Source of the DNA: Octopus vulgaris
Lineage: Eukaryota
Reading direction: 5' to 3'
Assembly: GCA_951406725.2 (NCBI GenBank)
Contig: OX597827.1
Span: 1,488,001-1,552,000, forward strand
Length of the DNA stretch: 64,000 bases
In this document: piece after piece, positions 1 through 13,298 of the stretch
Layout of the letters: each line of letters opens with the position of its first letter
Position numbering within the stretch: position 1 is the first letter of the stretch
Program-made: the position numbers and the translations under genes
Notes under the pieces: generated by a model
Seen by the model: the letters and a program-made list of their open reading frames with translations, nothing else
What the model was told of the DNA's origin: nothing
Database searches by the model: none

Positions 1-9
1 ATATGTCTA

Positions 10-48
<39 letters not shown>

Positions 49-547
49 GTCTATATATGTATATATATATATATATAAATATATGCATATGTATATATAT
101 ACATATATATATATCTAATGTCTGTATGTATATACTTCTTCCCAGTAAACAGTTTAAATTGCTATTGATTGCTGAGATTAACACCACCATTGTTTGGCAA
201 TAGCTTTATTTGTATTGTTTATTGTTGTTTTAAATACATGTTTTCTGTATTCCTCCCCCTACCCCCTTACCCGCTTCTCTCTGCACCCCCCCCACCTCCC
301 GGCAGCACATTGAGACTTAAAACTCCTTTGTCGTGTGTCTATAACTATGTTGCAGTGTTTTGCTTTGTTTCCCTTAGCATGCTTTGAGCTCCCAGTTTAT
401 AAGGGGTGGGGTGAGAGCAAGTGGGAAGAGCAAGTGTGAAAGGGAGAGAAAGAGAGAGAGAGACAAAGAGGGAAAATGCCTGTGAAATTCAGAATATATA
501 TATAGGTTTTTCTTTAAAGAACATCATCATCATCGTCATCGTCATCG

Positions 548-587
<40 letters not shown>

Positions 588-618
588 TATAATTATTATT
601 ATTATTATTATAATTATT

Positions 619-833
619 AAGGCAGCAAGCTGGCAGAGTCATTAGCACACTGGATGAAACGCTTAGTAGTATTTTGTCCATCTTTACGTTCTGAGTTCAA
701 ATTCCGCCAATGTTGACTTTGCCTTTCATCCTTTCAGGGTTGATTAAATAAGTACCAGTTATGCACTGGGGTTGATGTAATCAACTTAATCCCTCCCTCC
801 AAATATGAGGCCTTGTGCTTCTAGTAGAAAGGC
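619..833 (+). mobile_element. tRNA-derived SINE family A (Meta-like central domain)
   Basis: Head aaggcagcaagctggcagagtcattagc, B-box gagttcaaattcc, central gcctttcatcctttcagggttgattaaataagtaccag; flanked by (TTA)n. Further copies at about 895-1110, 1140-1320, 5492-5790, 5878-6035 (+) and 15955-16108, 16190-16370 (-). Confidence 0.85.
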
Positions 834-845
834 TTATTATTATTA

Positions 846-885
<40 letters not shown>

Positions 886-1324
886 CATTATTATGGTGGA
901 GAGCTGGTAGAATCATTAGCACAGCAGACAAAATGCTTAGTTGCATTTCAGCCAGCCATCTATACATTTTGTGTTCAAATTCCACCAAGGTCAACTTGCC
1001 TTTCATCTTTCAGGGTCAATTAAATAAGTACCTGTTGAACACTGGGGACAGTGTAATCAACTCACCCCTACTCCAAAATTATTGGCCTTGTGCCAAAATT
1101 TGAAACCATTATTATTATTATTTGTATTATTGTCTTTTAGGCTGGTACAATCATTAGCAAGCTGGGAAAAATGCTTAGTGCTATTTTGTCTGTCTTTACA
1201 TTCTGAGTTCAAATTGTCCCAAGTTCAACATTTACCTTCTATCTTTTTGGGGTCAATAAAATAAGTACCAATTGGATCAATGAAATCAACTAGTTCTTTC
1301 CCTGAAAAATTTTAGGCCTTGAGA

Positions 1325-1805
1325 AATTGAAATCAAATTCGATGACTGTCATCCGTGTTAGTGGAGTGCTAAGAACACCATCTGAGCATGATTATTGCCA
1401 GAGCAGCTAACTGGCTTCCGTGCCAGTGGCACATAAAAAGCACCATTCGAGTGTGATCATTACCAGCATTGCCTTACTGGCACTTGTGTTGGTGGCACGT
1501 TAAAAAACATTCAAGCAAGGTCATTGCCAGTACTGCTGGACTGGCTCTGTGCTGGTGGCATGTAAAAAAAAACATTTGAGCATGGCCATTGCCAGTACCG
1601 CCTGACTGGCCCCCGTGCCGGTAACATGTAAAAGCACCCACTACACCCTCAGAGTGACTGGTATTAGGAAGGGCATCCAGCTGTAGAAACTCTGCCAGAT
1701 CAAGATTAGAGCCTGGTGCAGCCATCTGGTTTGCCAGTCCTCAGTCAAATCGTCCAACCCATGCTAGCATGGAAAGCAGACGTTAAACGATGATGATGAC
1801 GATGA
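1325..1805 (+). mobile_element. SINE family D (internal gtgccggtggcacgtaaaa subrepeats; tail ggacgttaaacgatgatg)
   Basis: Tandem subunits of roughly 60 bp, then aggaagggcatccagctgtagaaac, ending in (GAT)n. The same sequence recurs at 24916-25280(-), 31320-31620, 33157-33352, 45475-45730, 48440-48890(-), 49215-49555 and 58432-58625(-). Confidence 0.85.
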
Positions 1806-1906
1806 GTCCTTAGTAGAAAGAATTATTATTATAATTAGATTAGCACACTGGACAAAATGCTTAGCATTATTTCGTCCATCTTTACGTTCTGCATTCTAAT
1901 TCATAT

Positions 1907-3070
1907 CAATGTTGATGTGACTGGTGTGTTTGATGTGTCTAATGTTGATGGTATGGTTGGAGTGTCAGATGTGTTTGATATGTATTTGATGTAGTTGATG
2001 TACATGATATCCACTCTGAACATCTACAAGTTAATGTCTGCAAATAAGGTAGAGGCTAAACAGAAGAACAGAAAATTCATTGAGATATATAGTGACTCAC
2101 ATCTTTTTTATTGTATATATGATTCAGTAAATGACTTAATCCCACCAGACCCTTCAGCCACATCAACCTTATCCATCACACCAATCACGTCAGACACATC
2201 CAACATATCAGCTACATCAGATGACACTAGTCACATCAGACACACCAGTTCCTTAGATACACCAACCACATCATCACCATCAAACATATCAAACACATCA
2301 TAAACTTTTTCCTACACACCAGTCACATCAGATACATCAGCCACATCCAACTATCAACCACATCAGTCATATTAGTCACCTTAACCAACTCACCAGTCAT
2401 ACACCTTATCTAACACATCACTCACATTAGACATATCACTTCATCCTACACATTAGTGACACTAATTACATCAGACATATCAAACACATCATCCTCATCA
2501 GATAAAGCCGACACATTGATCGGGTTCCTACAGCCGGTCTTCGTCATCGCCTGAATCTTCGGCCCCTCCTTTCAGTAGTTCTACAACGGCGTTTAAGATG
2601 GTTCAGTCATGTGTCCAGAGGGTGAGCTGATTCGCGATGTCCTCCTCCCACCTCCACTCCCCAGCTGGCGCAAACGCACAAGCGGACAGCTGAAGATCTG
2701 AGCAACGACGATAAAGGAGGACCTCTCCGGACTCTCAGGTCCACAGGTTATCAGTCTGCGCAGATGGAGCCGCAAATGGCTCACTTTCTCCAGTGACCTC
2801 GCATGGGACTGTCGAGCGTGTGCTGCCATGGTTTGTGATGCCGTTAGGACCAGAGAATAAGCCGGCTCAACCCACCCTGGGTGAACGCCATCACAAGTAC
2901 AAGTACATCAGATAAACCAACCACATTGGTCACACCAACCATATTAGACATATCTGCCGCATCAAACCTACAAACCATATCAGCTACATTGCCACATTAG
3001 ACACATCAGCTACATCGAACATTCCAGCCACATCAACCGCATTAAATATTTCAGCCACATCAGCCACATC
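1907..3070. repeat. Degenerate ~9-bp minisatellite (acatcagcc/acatcaaac) interrupted by an RTE fragment
   Basis: Recurrent acatca+3 nt units at 2150-2520 and 2906-3070, with reverse-complement units (gatgtgtttgatgt) at 1907-2000. Confidence 0.7.
2521..2906 (+). mobile_element. RTE-clade LINE, 3' end fragment
   Basis: Translates with a frameshift and a stop to VLQRRLRWFSHVSR/GELIRDVLLP..WRKRTSGQLKI*ATTIKEDL (RTE C-terminal RLRWxGH and GG(Q)xKxW motifs). Ends in a tandem caagta caagta tail. GC-rich relative to its flanks. Confidence 0.85.
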
Positions 3071-3444
3071 ATTATTGTCCTCTTCAATGTTATCATCATA
3101 ATCCTCATCAACATTCTATCTTTCTGGCACCTGTCTCTCACTTCAGACATAACTCAAAGGCAAATTAATTAGACATTATAGTCGTACACTCTTTTGGTCT
3201 ATCTTTCTCAAAGGTGGGCATCTACATCATGTAACTAACTTAATGTCCTGAGTTCAATTCCTGCCTCTGCCATTTCTGATTTCTGAGGTGTATGTATGTG
3301 TCCGCAAAAAAAAAAAAAAGCAACAACAACAAAAAAACAAAACAAAAACAAAATCTAATACCAGTGAAATACTGGAGCTTAATTTACTCAAATATTAATT
3401 CCTATCAAATGAGCAGCTTTGCGTCATTATTCAACAATGTTATG

Positions 3445-3605
3445 GTGGTTGCTTGGTAGCTTGCTTACCAACCACATGGTTCTGGGTTCAGTCCCACTGT
3501 GTGGCACCTTGGGCAAGTGTCTTCTACTGTAGCCTCGGGTCGACCAAAGCCTTGTGAGTGGATTTGGTAGATGGAAACTGAAAGAAGACTGTTGTATATA
3601 TATGT

Positions 3606-3665
<60 letters not shown>

Positions 3666-3870
3666 TTGTGTGTCTGTGTTTGTCCCCCCACCATTGCTTA
3701 ACAACTGATGTTGGTGTGTTTACATCCCTGTAACTTAGCGGTTCGGCAAAAGAGACTGATAGAATAAGTACTAGGCTTACAAAAAATAAGTCTTGGGGTT
3801 GATTTGTTCGTCTAAAGGCAATGCTCCAGCTTGGTCTCAGTCAAAGGACTGAAACAAATGAAAGAATGAA
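3445..3870 (+). mobile_element. SINE family B (CORE-like, with internal TA/TG microsatellite)
   Basis: tRNA head with B-box ggttcagtcc, CORE-like ccttgggcaagtgtctt, internal (TA)(TG)n and tail ending gactgaaacaa. Confidence 0.85.
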
Positions 3871-4117
3871 TGACGGAAAAATTACATTCATCCCAGGTTT
3901 TTACATTCTGTGTTCAAATCCTGTTGAGTTAATAAAATCCCTCCAAAATCAATAAAATAAGGTCCAGTTAAGAACAGGAGCTGACATAATCGGCTGAACT
4001 ACTTACTTCCTTAAGCCCTTTGTTCACTATGGAGTATAGCTCATCGATAACTTTTGTCCATTGTTTTTTTACTTCAGGTTGTCTTTTCCTCTCTCAGATT
4101 ATGTTGGTTTTGAGTGA

Positions 4118-4412
4118 GGGTAGATGGCGTAGTGATTAGAATATTTTGTTCATAAAGTCATGAGTTCAATTCCTGGTAATGAATTGTGTCCTTGAGCAAG
4201 ACACTTTATTTCTCATTGCTCCAGTCCATTCAGCTGGCAAAAATATGTAGTACCTGTATTTCAAAAGGCCAGGCTTGCCACATTCTGTGTCATGCTGAAT
4301 CTCCCTGTGAACCACATTAAGGGTACGTATCAGTGGAGTGCACAGATTCACATGTGTAGATTGCTCTGTTGATTGAATGAACTGGGACCCTTATTGTCCT
4401 AACCAACAGAGT
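4118..4412 (+). mobile_element. SINE family C head joined to the family E body (degenerate)
   Basis: Head with tccttgagcaagacactt, then gtacctgtatttcaaa...ctgtgtcatgctgaatctccc, the same body as the 26263-26647 element. Confidence 0.7.
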
Positions 4413-4447
4413 GCTGTCTATCTCAACACACTCTCTGTCACATTCTT

Positions 4448-4675
4448 ATTTCTTTATTGCCCACAAGGGGATAAACATTGAGGGGGACAAACAAGGACAA
4501 AGAAACAGATTAAGTCGATTATATCGACCCCAGTGCATAGCTGGTACTCATTTAATAGACCCTGAAAGGATGAAAGGCAAAGTCGACCTAGGCGGAATTT
4601 GAACTCAGAACGTAACGGCAGACGAAATACCGCTAAGCATTTCGCCCAGCGTGCTAACGTTTCTGCCAGTTCGCA
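4448..4675 (-). mobile_element. SINE family A, full length with LINE-derived 3' tail
   Basis: Reverse complement of the family A head and central domain; 3' end cttgtttgtccccc...ccccttgtgggcaataaagaaat. Confidence 0.85.
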
Positions 4676-4953
4676 GCTTTTGTCACATTCTGTGTCACAC
4701 TGAATCTCCCTCTGGACTACATTAAGGGAGCACATATCTGGGAAGTGCTCAACCACTTGCACATTAATTTCATGAGCAGGCTGTTCTGTCGATCGGATCA
4801 ACTGGAACCCTTGTCATCATAAATGACTGAGGGCCAGTTATGGTGCTTTTGAATTGTTACTGATGCTTCTGCAACTTTGCTTTGGAAAAAGGGGATCTAT
4901 ACTAGTCTGGCTTCTATCTTCTAGCCTGTCCCACATAGGAGGTCCTGCTAGAA

Positions 4954-5195
4954 AAGTAGTTCTCAACTATTTTTTGCTTGTGGACCCCTTTAATTCCTAT
5001 GTTTTTCTCCTGGGCCTTCATAGCCATTTGATGTGTATAAAAAGAAATATACTGTATTTTTGTAATTAAATATTATTAGGAATTATATAAAAATAAATTA
5101 TTTTGTGTATTGTAGAAGTATAAGCACAAAAATCTTAATAGCAAAATCTTAGTTGGGCCCCCAAAGGTCACATTAACCCTGGTTGAGAACCACTG
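4954..5195. mobile_element. hAT (Charlie-like) MITE
   Basis: TIRs aagtagttctcaac / gttgagaaccactg; exact 8-bp TSD tgctagaa at 4946-4953 and 5196-5203. Confidence 0.85.
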
Positions 5196-5794
5196 TGCTA
5201 GAAGACTGCATTCTGCTGACCACAGCTGTCATGGTCATTGAGATAAACAAGCCAGCACACTGCAACAAAGACTGGAACCTTGTGGTCAAATCAATTAAAC
5301 TGCTTCTCTCAAATCTCAAGCCTTTTGACCATTATGAAAAACAGTTACTAAAAATTCTTTAATAGTGGATGAAATATCACATGGATTTTAGATAGGGTTC
5401 TTTACATGCTTGTTTCCGATCCAAAAAGGCCAGTCTCAGCTTTTATATTAGTGGATAAAATAATAATAAAATAAATTATCAATCAAATATGTGGCAAGCT
5501 TGCAGAATCGTTAGCATACTGAACAAAATGCTTAGTGGTATTTTGTCTGTCTTAATGTTCTGGATTCAAATTCTGCCAAGGTAGACTTTGCCTTTCATTC
5601 TTTTGAAGTTGTTACCATAAATACCAGCTGAGTACAGGGGTTGATGTAATCAACTTAACTACTCCTGGGAATGAGTATAAAAGATTTCACCCCTTTGCCA
5701 AGCTATTTCAAGCCAGTGTGGCAGAGTAGTCTGTTTTGTATTGTCCCCCCCCTCATCATTTGCCCAGTTGGCAAATAAATGGAATCACTATCAA

Positions 5795-5858
<64 letters not shown>

Positions 5859-6368
5859 GTTATTATTCTTTTTAGCAAGGGAGTGAGCTGGCAGGATTGT
5901 TAGCAGATTGGCAGAAATGCATTGAAGTATTTCTTTCAACTCATTATGTTCTTATTTCAAATGTAACCAAGGTCAGCTTTGCCTTTGTCCTTTCAGGTTT
6001 GATAAAATAAAGTACCAGTCATATGACTGGGGTTACACCACAACATCTCCTTCTCCTCCCCCTCCCCTTCCTCCTCCCTCTCCTCCTCCTCCTCCTCCTC
6101 CTTTATATTTTGCATTTTTTAATTTTTAATAATGTGAATCATAAATAGTTTGACAGGCTAAAAACAAAAATACAAAACAAAAATACAAAACAAAACAAAA
6201 CAAAACAAAAAAAAAGCAAAATATAAAAGAAAATCATTTTCTTTTCTGTTATTTATTTGAAATTTTTTTTTCCGCAAAAATTTCTGGCCACTTGAAATGT
6301 TTTTCCTTGTTAATATATTTCTTTATAGTTGATAAATGATGGCATATACATCATCATTATCATTCTTC

Positions 6369-6424
<56 letters not shown>

Positions 6425-6791
6425 ATTACTATTACTATCATCATTATTACTACTACTATCATTATTATTATTATTATTATCATTATTATTATTATTATTG
6501 TTGTTGTTGTTGTTGTTGTTATTGCTATTGTTATTATTTTACCCCATTTTTGTATATTTCATATAATTTATCACCAACTTTTATTGTGAGAGAGAAAAAA
6601 AAAAGTGATATGAAATGCAAAATTCCCAAAACGTAAAATTTAAAGCACAAATCAAAATTATAAAATACATGCATACATACATACATACATACATGAATAT
6701 ATGTGTGTGTATATATATATATATATAAATAGATATACATGTATACATAGATATATATATATATGTATATACACACACACACATATATATA

Positions 6792-6822
<31 letters not shown>

Positions 6823-6983
6823 ATGGACGTGTGTGTGTGTGTGTGCTACTACCTTCCCATATTACCAGTTAACAAGATCAAAATGTATAGATTCTGAAAT
6901 TTTGAATTTGTTACTTTCTGTTGTTGTTGCTTAGATTGCTGCTGCTATTACTGCCATTACTGCCATTACTACTGCTGCTACTG

Positions 6984-7031
<48 letters not shown>

Positions 7032-7189
7032 AGGATATAGGATTGGCTGGAAAGAATGAAACAAAATGTTTTTTAAAAAGTGTAGCTATGTACATTTCAC
7101 TGTCTCTGTCTCCGTTTATATATATATTTCTCTCTCTTTTTCTCTCTCTCCATGTCTGTAATCTTCTATACATACATGCATATATATAT

Positions 7190-7428
7190 GGGTACATATC
7201 AATATATGTATGTATGCGTACATATATAAATACACAGACACATACATACATAAATATATATATGTATATGTACATATATATATATATAATTATATAATAT
7301 ATATTATATATTATATATATTGATATATACATATATATATATGTATATAAATATATGTATATAAATACATATATATATAAATATATAAATATATATATAC
7401 ATAAATATATATATATATATACATGTAA

Positions 7429-7463
<35 letters not shown>

Positions 7464-7492
7464 CATATATAAACATAAATATATGTATATAT

Positions 7493-7557
<65 letters not shown>

Positions 7558-7590
7558 TATATATACATACATACATGCACATATATATAT
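7190..7590. repeat. (TA)n-rich compound microsatellite
   Basis: Direct inspection. Similar blocks at 8030-8600, 16760-17160, 30240-30645, 50370-50690, 54620-55030 and 57560-57900. Confidence 0.95.
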
Positions 7591-8643
7591 CTATGTTGTT
7601 ATATTCTGGTAGGCACACGTACACACGCACACACACACCCACACGTGCGCGCGCGCACGCACACACACATGCACGCAAACAATCAGTTTCTTCTGTGCAA
7701 TTATCTGAGTTGGCAAATGTTATGTGTCATTCACGTTAAGATCTATTTGTTGTGTTAAGTAAGCAAGAGGAACGCAAGACGCGTTGGCAAGAGAGTTGTA
7801 CTTACAGAAAGACGAGGGAAGTTTAGAGCAGTTGCAAGGATTCTAGCATATTATATACACAAATGCACATACATGTTCAATGTGTGTGGGTGTGTGTGGG
7901 CATATGTTATATACACAAGCATAAACATACATCTGTATATGTAATGAAGTGTATGACTACATATAAGCATGTATATAGGCATGTAACATATATGGGTCTG
8001 TGCACATGCATTCATATACATACATATAAATGCATGTGTGTATATATATATATATGTATGTGCATATATATATATGCACACACACATGTACATATATATA
8101 TATATGCATTTGTACATATACACATACATTCATATTTATATGCATATATATATGAATATATGGTATATACAAAAACTTATATATAAATACTTAGATATTT
8201 ATATATATTTATATATATCAACATATATATTCTTATATATATACATTATTATATATACTCACATACATGCATATATGTATGTATGTACATGTATATATAC
8301 ACCCACATACCTATATATATATTTACATTATATATATGTATATGTACGCACATATACAACATAATATATATATATATATGTATATATGAAACATTGTATA
8401 ATGTATATAATATACATATATATATATAGTTCATATACATGTATAATATATATGTATACACATAGTACATATGATGTATATATAATATATAATACATTCA
8501 TATATTTATGTAATATATATATATACCTATTTTATATATATGTGTTATATGCATATAAATATGTGTGTATATATGTATATATGTATGTATATAAAAAACT
8601 TTACTCCACAAACACTAGCCTCAATCTTTGTATCAACATATAC

Positions 8644-8812
8644 CTGGTAACTCTTCATAGTGTTCAGTGTTGCCTGCATTCCAGCCGTGTCCACTATCAG
8701 CATGAGTGGACGTCGTAGACTTTTCACTGAAACGGTCGGGGACAATCGCTACTAGCTCTTTCTCTTTAGTTCGGTCAGAAACGGTCAAGGCTGCATCTTG
8801 GTGACTTGTTAG
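8644..8812 (-). CDS. Putative internal coding exon of an unidentified host gene
   Basis: Minus strand: acceptor ttctttctttcccgatctctcAG| and donor cag|GTATGT. The 169 nt are open in phase 0: LTSHQDAALTVSDRTKEKELVAIVPDRFSEKSTTSTHADSGHGWNAGNTEHYEELP. Non-repetitive and CpG-retaining. Confidence 0.55.
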
Positions 8813-9049
8813 CTGAGAGATCGGGAAAGAAAGAATCTTATTTTGAGTGGAAATCTAGCTTAACATGAGGTATAGCAAGTTAAGTTTGATTTGTACTTTT
8901 TGAGGGTATGTATGTGTGTGTAGTTTTTGGTGGTTTGCATGCATTATTTCTATGAAGACCCAGAAGGATACAAAGACGTGGCTTATTATTTTTGTTGCAG
9001 TCTAAACTTATTGTGGCATGTATGCATGTATGCATTAATTTTGCTTTAG

Positions 9050-9257
9050 GCATTGAACTGTGGCCATGCTGGGGCACCATCTTGAAGGGTTTAGTTGAAC
9101 AAATCATGCCCAGTATCTATGTTCTTTATAATTCATTTATTTATCCTATCGGACACTTTTGGTGAACCACTATAATTCCTGGAGACATAAACAAACCAAT
9201 ATTGATTGTTAAGCTGTGGTTGAAATGACAAAAACAAACAGAATGACACATGCATAG

Positions 9258-9302
<45 letters not shown>

Positions 9303-9610
9303 CATACAAAAATACAAAAATACATATATGTATATAAATATATATATATATATGTACATTCATATAGAGATATATATGCATATATTTATATATATATATG
9401 TAAATATATATGTATGCATGTACATGTGTAATGTATAAATATATACGATGGGTTTCCACACAGTTTCCATCTTCTACAAATTTTCTCACAAGGCATTTTT
9501 CAAACTGGGGCAATAGTAAAGAACATTTTCCCAAGGTACCTTGCAGTGGGAATGAACTCTAAATCACATGGCTGCAAAGCAATGTTCTGAACCTCAAAGC
9601 CATGGCTGCC
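9050..9610 (-). mobile_element. SINE family B, old copy
   Basis: ggccatgctggggcacc tail and ccaaggtaccttgcagtgggaatgaact head in reverse orientation, with internal microsatellite. Similar minus copies at 11400-11820, 43445-43790, 52900-53260 and 60505-60970. Confidence 0.7.
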
Positions 9611-9829
9611 CTTTTTTTTTTGTTGTTTTTTAATTGGTTTCATTTATTGGAGTTTGTTGCCCTTCTTGATGTCCGATATTCAACTGTTCAGCTGATCATA
9701 TTGATTTCAGTGCTTATTTTGGTTTAATTTTTAAATTATTGATTTCTATATGATTGAAATACATAATTTTGGTTTTGTCATAATGTTCTGTTTTACACCA
9801 TTATAACCAAACACAGCACAACACACACA

Positions 9830-9898
<69 letters not shown>

Positions 9899-9989
9899 AC
9901 ACTCATATCATCATCATTATCAATATCATCAATTTTATGTCTGCATTTTGCATGCGGACTTGGGTTAGATGGAACATGTGGTTTGGTGT

Positions 9990-10545
9990 TGGAGAGGATC
10001 AATGCCACAAGATCTTTAATAGAAACATGATTAAAGTGAGTTATAGTTGCTTTCACAATATAGTTTTGGGGATCTTTGACCACAATAAAAACAATAGTAT
10101 TAGGAACACCTTATATAACCCTTGTAACTGTAGTTTCCATGATAAATGTCTTCTGAATAGAAAGTGTCTGGAAAAAGAACTGGTTTACTGGGCCAATATC
10201 ACTGACATAGATTGGGATCTTAGAAACTTACTTTAGAATGACAGGAAATGCTTTGAAAGAAAGATACATGTAGCACCTGGTTTTATTTAGAGACAGGAAT
10301 AAAAGATATACAACACATTTGTTTAAAATGTATAGAGACTAAAAAATAGTAATATGGACAACACTTAAATAAACTGGGGCATCATAGCCAAGGCCAGCAA
10401 GCCTAAGGGGTGAAGTGGCAGATGTAGTCTCTGTATTTCAGAAAAGTTAAATATCATAACTCAACAGTGAGGATTTTGAACTTTTGTGGGAAAACCCTTT
10501 TCTCCTTGCTTACACAAACAACAGTTCAAACTGCATAATTTCAAC
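9990..10545 (+). mobile_element. Penelope-like element, degenerate GIY-YIG endonuclease region
   Basis: Translates to HKIFNRNMIKVSYSC..CNCS..KCLLNRKCLEKELVYWANI..YFRMTGNALKERYM*H..NWGIIAKA..RCSLCISEKLNII..PCLHK. This follows the PLE linker (KIFNRNxxKxSYSC, CNC..C..CL) and GIY-YIG C-terminus (CxLCxxEK, CxH) patterns. Confidence 0.85.
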
Positions 10546-10593
10546 ATGCCACATTATCCTAACCACCTATCTGATCAGGATGAATGTAAAAGT

Positions 10594-10597
10594 AATA

Positions 10598-10637
<40 letters not shown>

Positions 10638-10678
10638 TAATAATAATAATAATGATAATAATAATAATAATAATAATG

Positions 10679-10727
<49 letters not shown>
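10594..10727. repeat. (AAT)n microsatellite abutting the LINE 3' end
   Basis: Direct inspection. Confidence 0.95.
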
Positions 10728-10729
<2 letters not shown>

Positions 10730-11215
10730 TCTTTTTATTGGCCACAAGGGCTGACAAACATAAAGGGACAAAACAGGATGAAAGGTTACAAAAGGTTTTG
10801 TCCGTTTGTGAAAAAAAACAAGTAAAAAGCAGTATAACAACGAAAAACTCCCAATAGAGGAGACACTTCAAAAAAGAGAAAAGGTCTCACGTGGAAAAAC
10901 CCATAAAAGCCATGGGAGCCTGGTCAAAAGTGGGGTAGAGAGCCCTTTTCTCCTTTTATAATACCTTTTTCAATTACAGGTGAAACCTCAGAAATGGTCC
11001 ATTTATACTGGCCATTCTTGCACAATTCACCCACCTTTCAGAAAACTTGCTATCAGACAGCACTCTCCTCTCTAACCTCATCTTCCTTTTCAAGTGAAAC
11101 TTGAAAAAGTTGATGAGGCCTTGACCAAAGAGGAAAGTGTCTGACTTTAGCCCTTTCAAACGGGTCCACCATACAACCTCTTTCGCCACAGCCACTAGAT
11201 ATAATAAATACACAT
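10728..11215 (-). mobile_element. Tx1/L1-clade LINE, 3' end (ORF2 C-terminus and 3' UTR)
   Basis: ORF 10974-11213 LVAVAKEVVWWTRLK..FKFHLKRKMRLERRVLSDSKFSERW resembles the Tx1 ORF2 terminus (AKxxIWxxR..R.E..F...W). The UTR ends ccttgtggccAATAAAaagaat followed by (TTA)n. Confidence 0.7.
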
Positions 11216-11596
11216 TCTTAATTCAAGTATCCATCCACTGATTACTGTGAATCATACTTGAATTCAAAATTGTGTACAAATAATACCCACATGTATGATA
11301 TTATATGATTTGAACAATATAATTTCTGGAACTTATAAATGTTTAAAAATAAAAATGTTTAAAAATGGTCTTCAACTGTTTAGTGAAGTAAATCAACCAT
11401 AGCACTTATTTTGCTCAGTCTCTTTTGCTGGACTGCTAAGTTACTGGGATTGAGTGAAATGACTCCACTACTTACTTTTTTTGTGAAGCCTGGTTCTTAT
11501 TCTATCAGTTTATGTTGCCGAACTGCTAAGTTATAGGAATGCATGCACACCAACACTGATTGTCAAATGGTGTTATGGACAAACACAGTGACAAAA

Positions 11597-11665
<69 letters not shown>

Positions 11666-12536
11666 ATGAGCTTCTGTCAGTTTTCATCTACCAAATTCAC
11701 TCACACAGTTTTGGTTAGTCTGAAGCTATAGAGGAGAACTCTTGTTCAAGATGCCATGCAGTGAGACTGAACCTGGAACCATGTGGTTGGAAAGCAAGCT
11801 TCTTACTCTACAGCCGCTCTTGAACCTATGAAATGAACAATGGGTGTATATGCACATTTCAAGAGTTATTTCTCTTTGATCAGCACCACATCCAACCCAC
11901 ATGTATGTATGTATGTATGTATGTATGTATGTATGTATGTATGTATGTATGTATGTATGTATGTATGTATGTATGTATATGTATGCATGTATGCATGTAT
12001 GTATGTATGTATGTATATGTGAGTGTGTGTATGTATGTATGCATGTATGTATGTGTGTATGTATATATGTATATGTGAGTGTATGTGTGAGTGTGTGTAT
12101 GTGTGTGTGTTTCTGATTATGTGATGCAAGGTTTTCAAATTGCATGGTAATTGAAAATGAATATTATTGTCATACAAATAGTGCCATTCATTTCCAATTT
12201 TCTATGGAATTGTGTCCGGCCATGGGGGAATATGAGTGTACATTGGTGACAGGATGGACATCCAACCATAGAAAATCTTTCTCAAAAGCCAAGCAAGCAT
12301 GAAAATGTGGACATTAAAACAATGATGATAATATATACATGCATACACACAATACATGTATACACACACATACGCACCCATATATATATATGCATACATG
12401 TATATTTATCTATAATTTAATAAATATATATATGTATGTATGTATGTATGTATATAGCTTTCTATATATATTTATTTATGTGTATACAGATATTTACATA
12501 TATAAATGTATATATATATATATATGTGTATACATG

Positions 12537-12581
<45 letters not shown>

Positions 12582-13298
12582 TAATAGAGAGAGCAAAAGC
12601 TAGTTAGGTATGCTAACAATCAGTCAGATAGATATATAGATAGGTAGATAGATAGGTAAACAGATAGCTAGATAGATATAAATAACAACAGTATGAACAG
12701 GTATAAAATTATTGGCTATGTAAAATTATAGGCAGAAATAGCGAGAAAGAATTATAGCTTATATTAACAATTGAATCCAACCATTCTTATTCTGCTTAAT
12801 GTCCAAACTACATTATCATTATCCAGCTATATTATCATTATTCAACCAGCTGTTAAGCAATTTGCATTCTCATTAATTACCTCACATGTTACCATTCACA
12901 AATTTTCACTGATATTCCATTAAATTCTTCAATGTTTACTGATAACGTTTTGCCTTTCATATCTTTGTATCGTATATGATAGAAATTAACTGCCCCTCTT
13001 CTCTCTCTCTCTCTCTCATCCTTTCTTCCCCCCTCTCTCTCTGTCACTCTCACTCTCTTTCTCTCATCCAACAAATCCTGCAAAATTATTTATACATACA
13101 TTAATTATCATTCTTCATTTCAATATAATTCTGAGATATGGGATGTCGAGTCATTCTTCGTTAAGGTGTAGTCATACAGTTGTGAATAGAAGGAATATTT
13201 ATAAATATATATAGGGTCAAAGACAAAAAGAAATACAAAAAAATGGGGGTTAGATTTGGTAAACGTGAACTGCTCTGCTGGTTTCTATTCATATTTCA

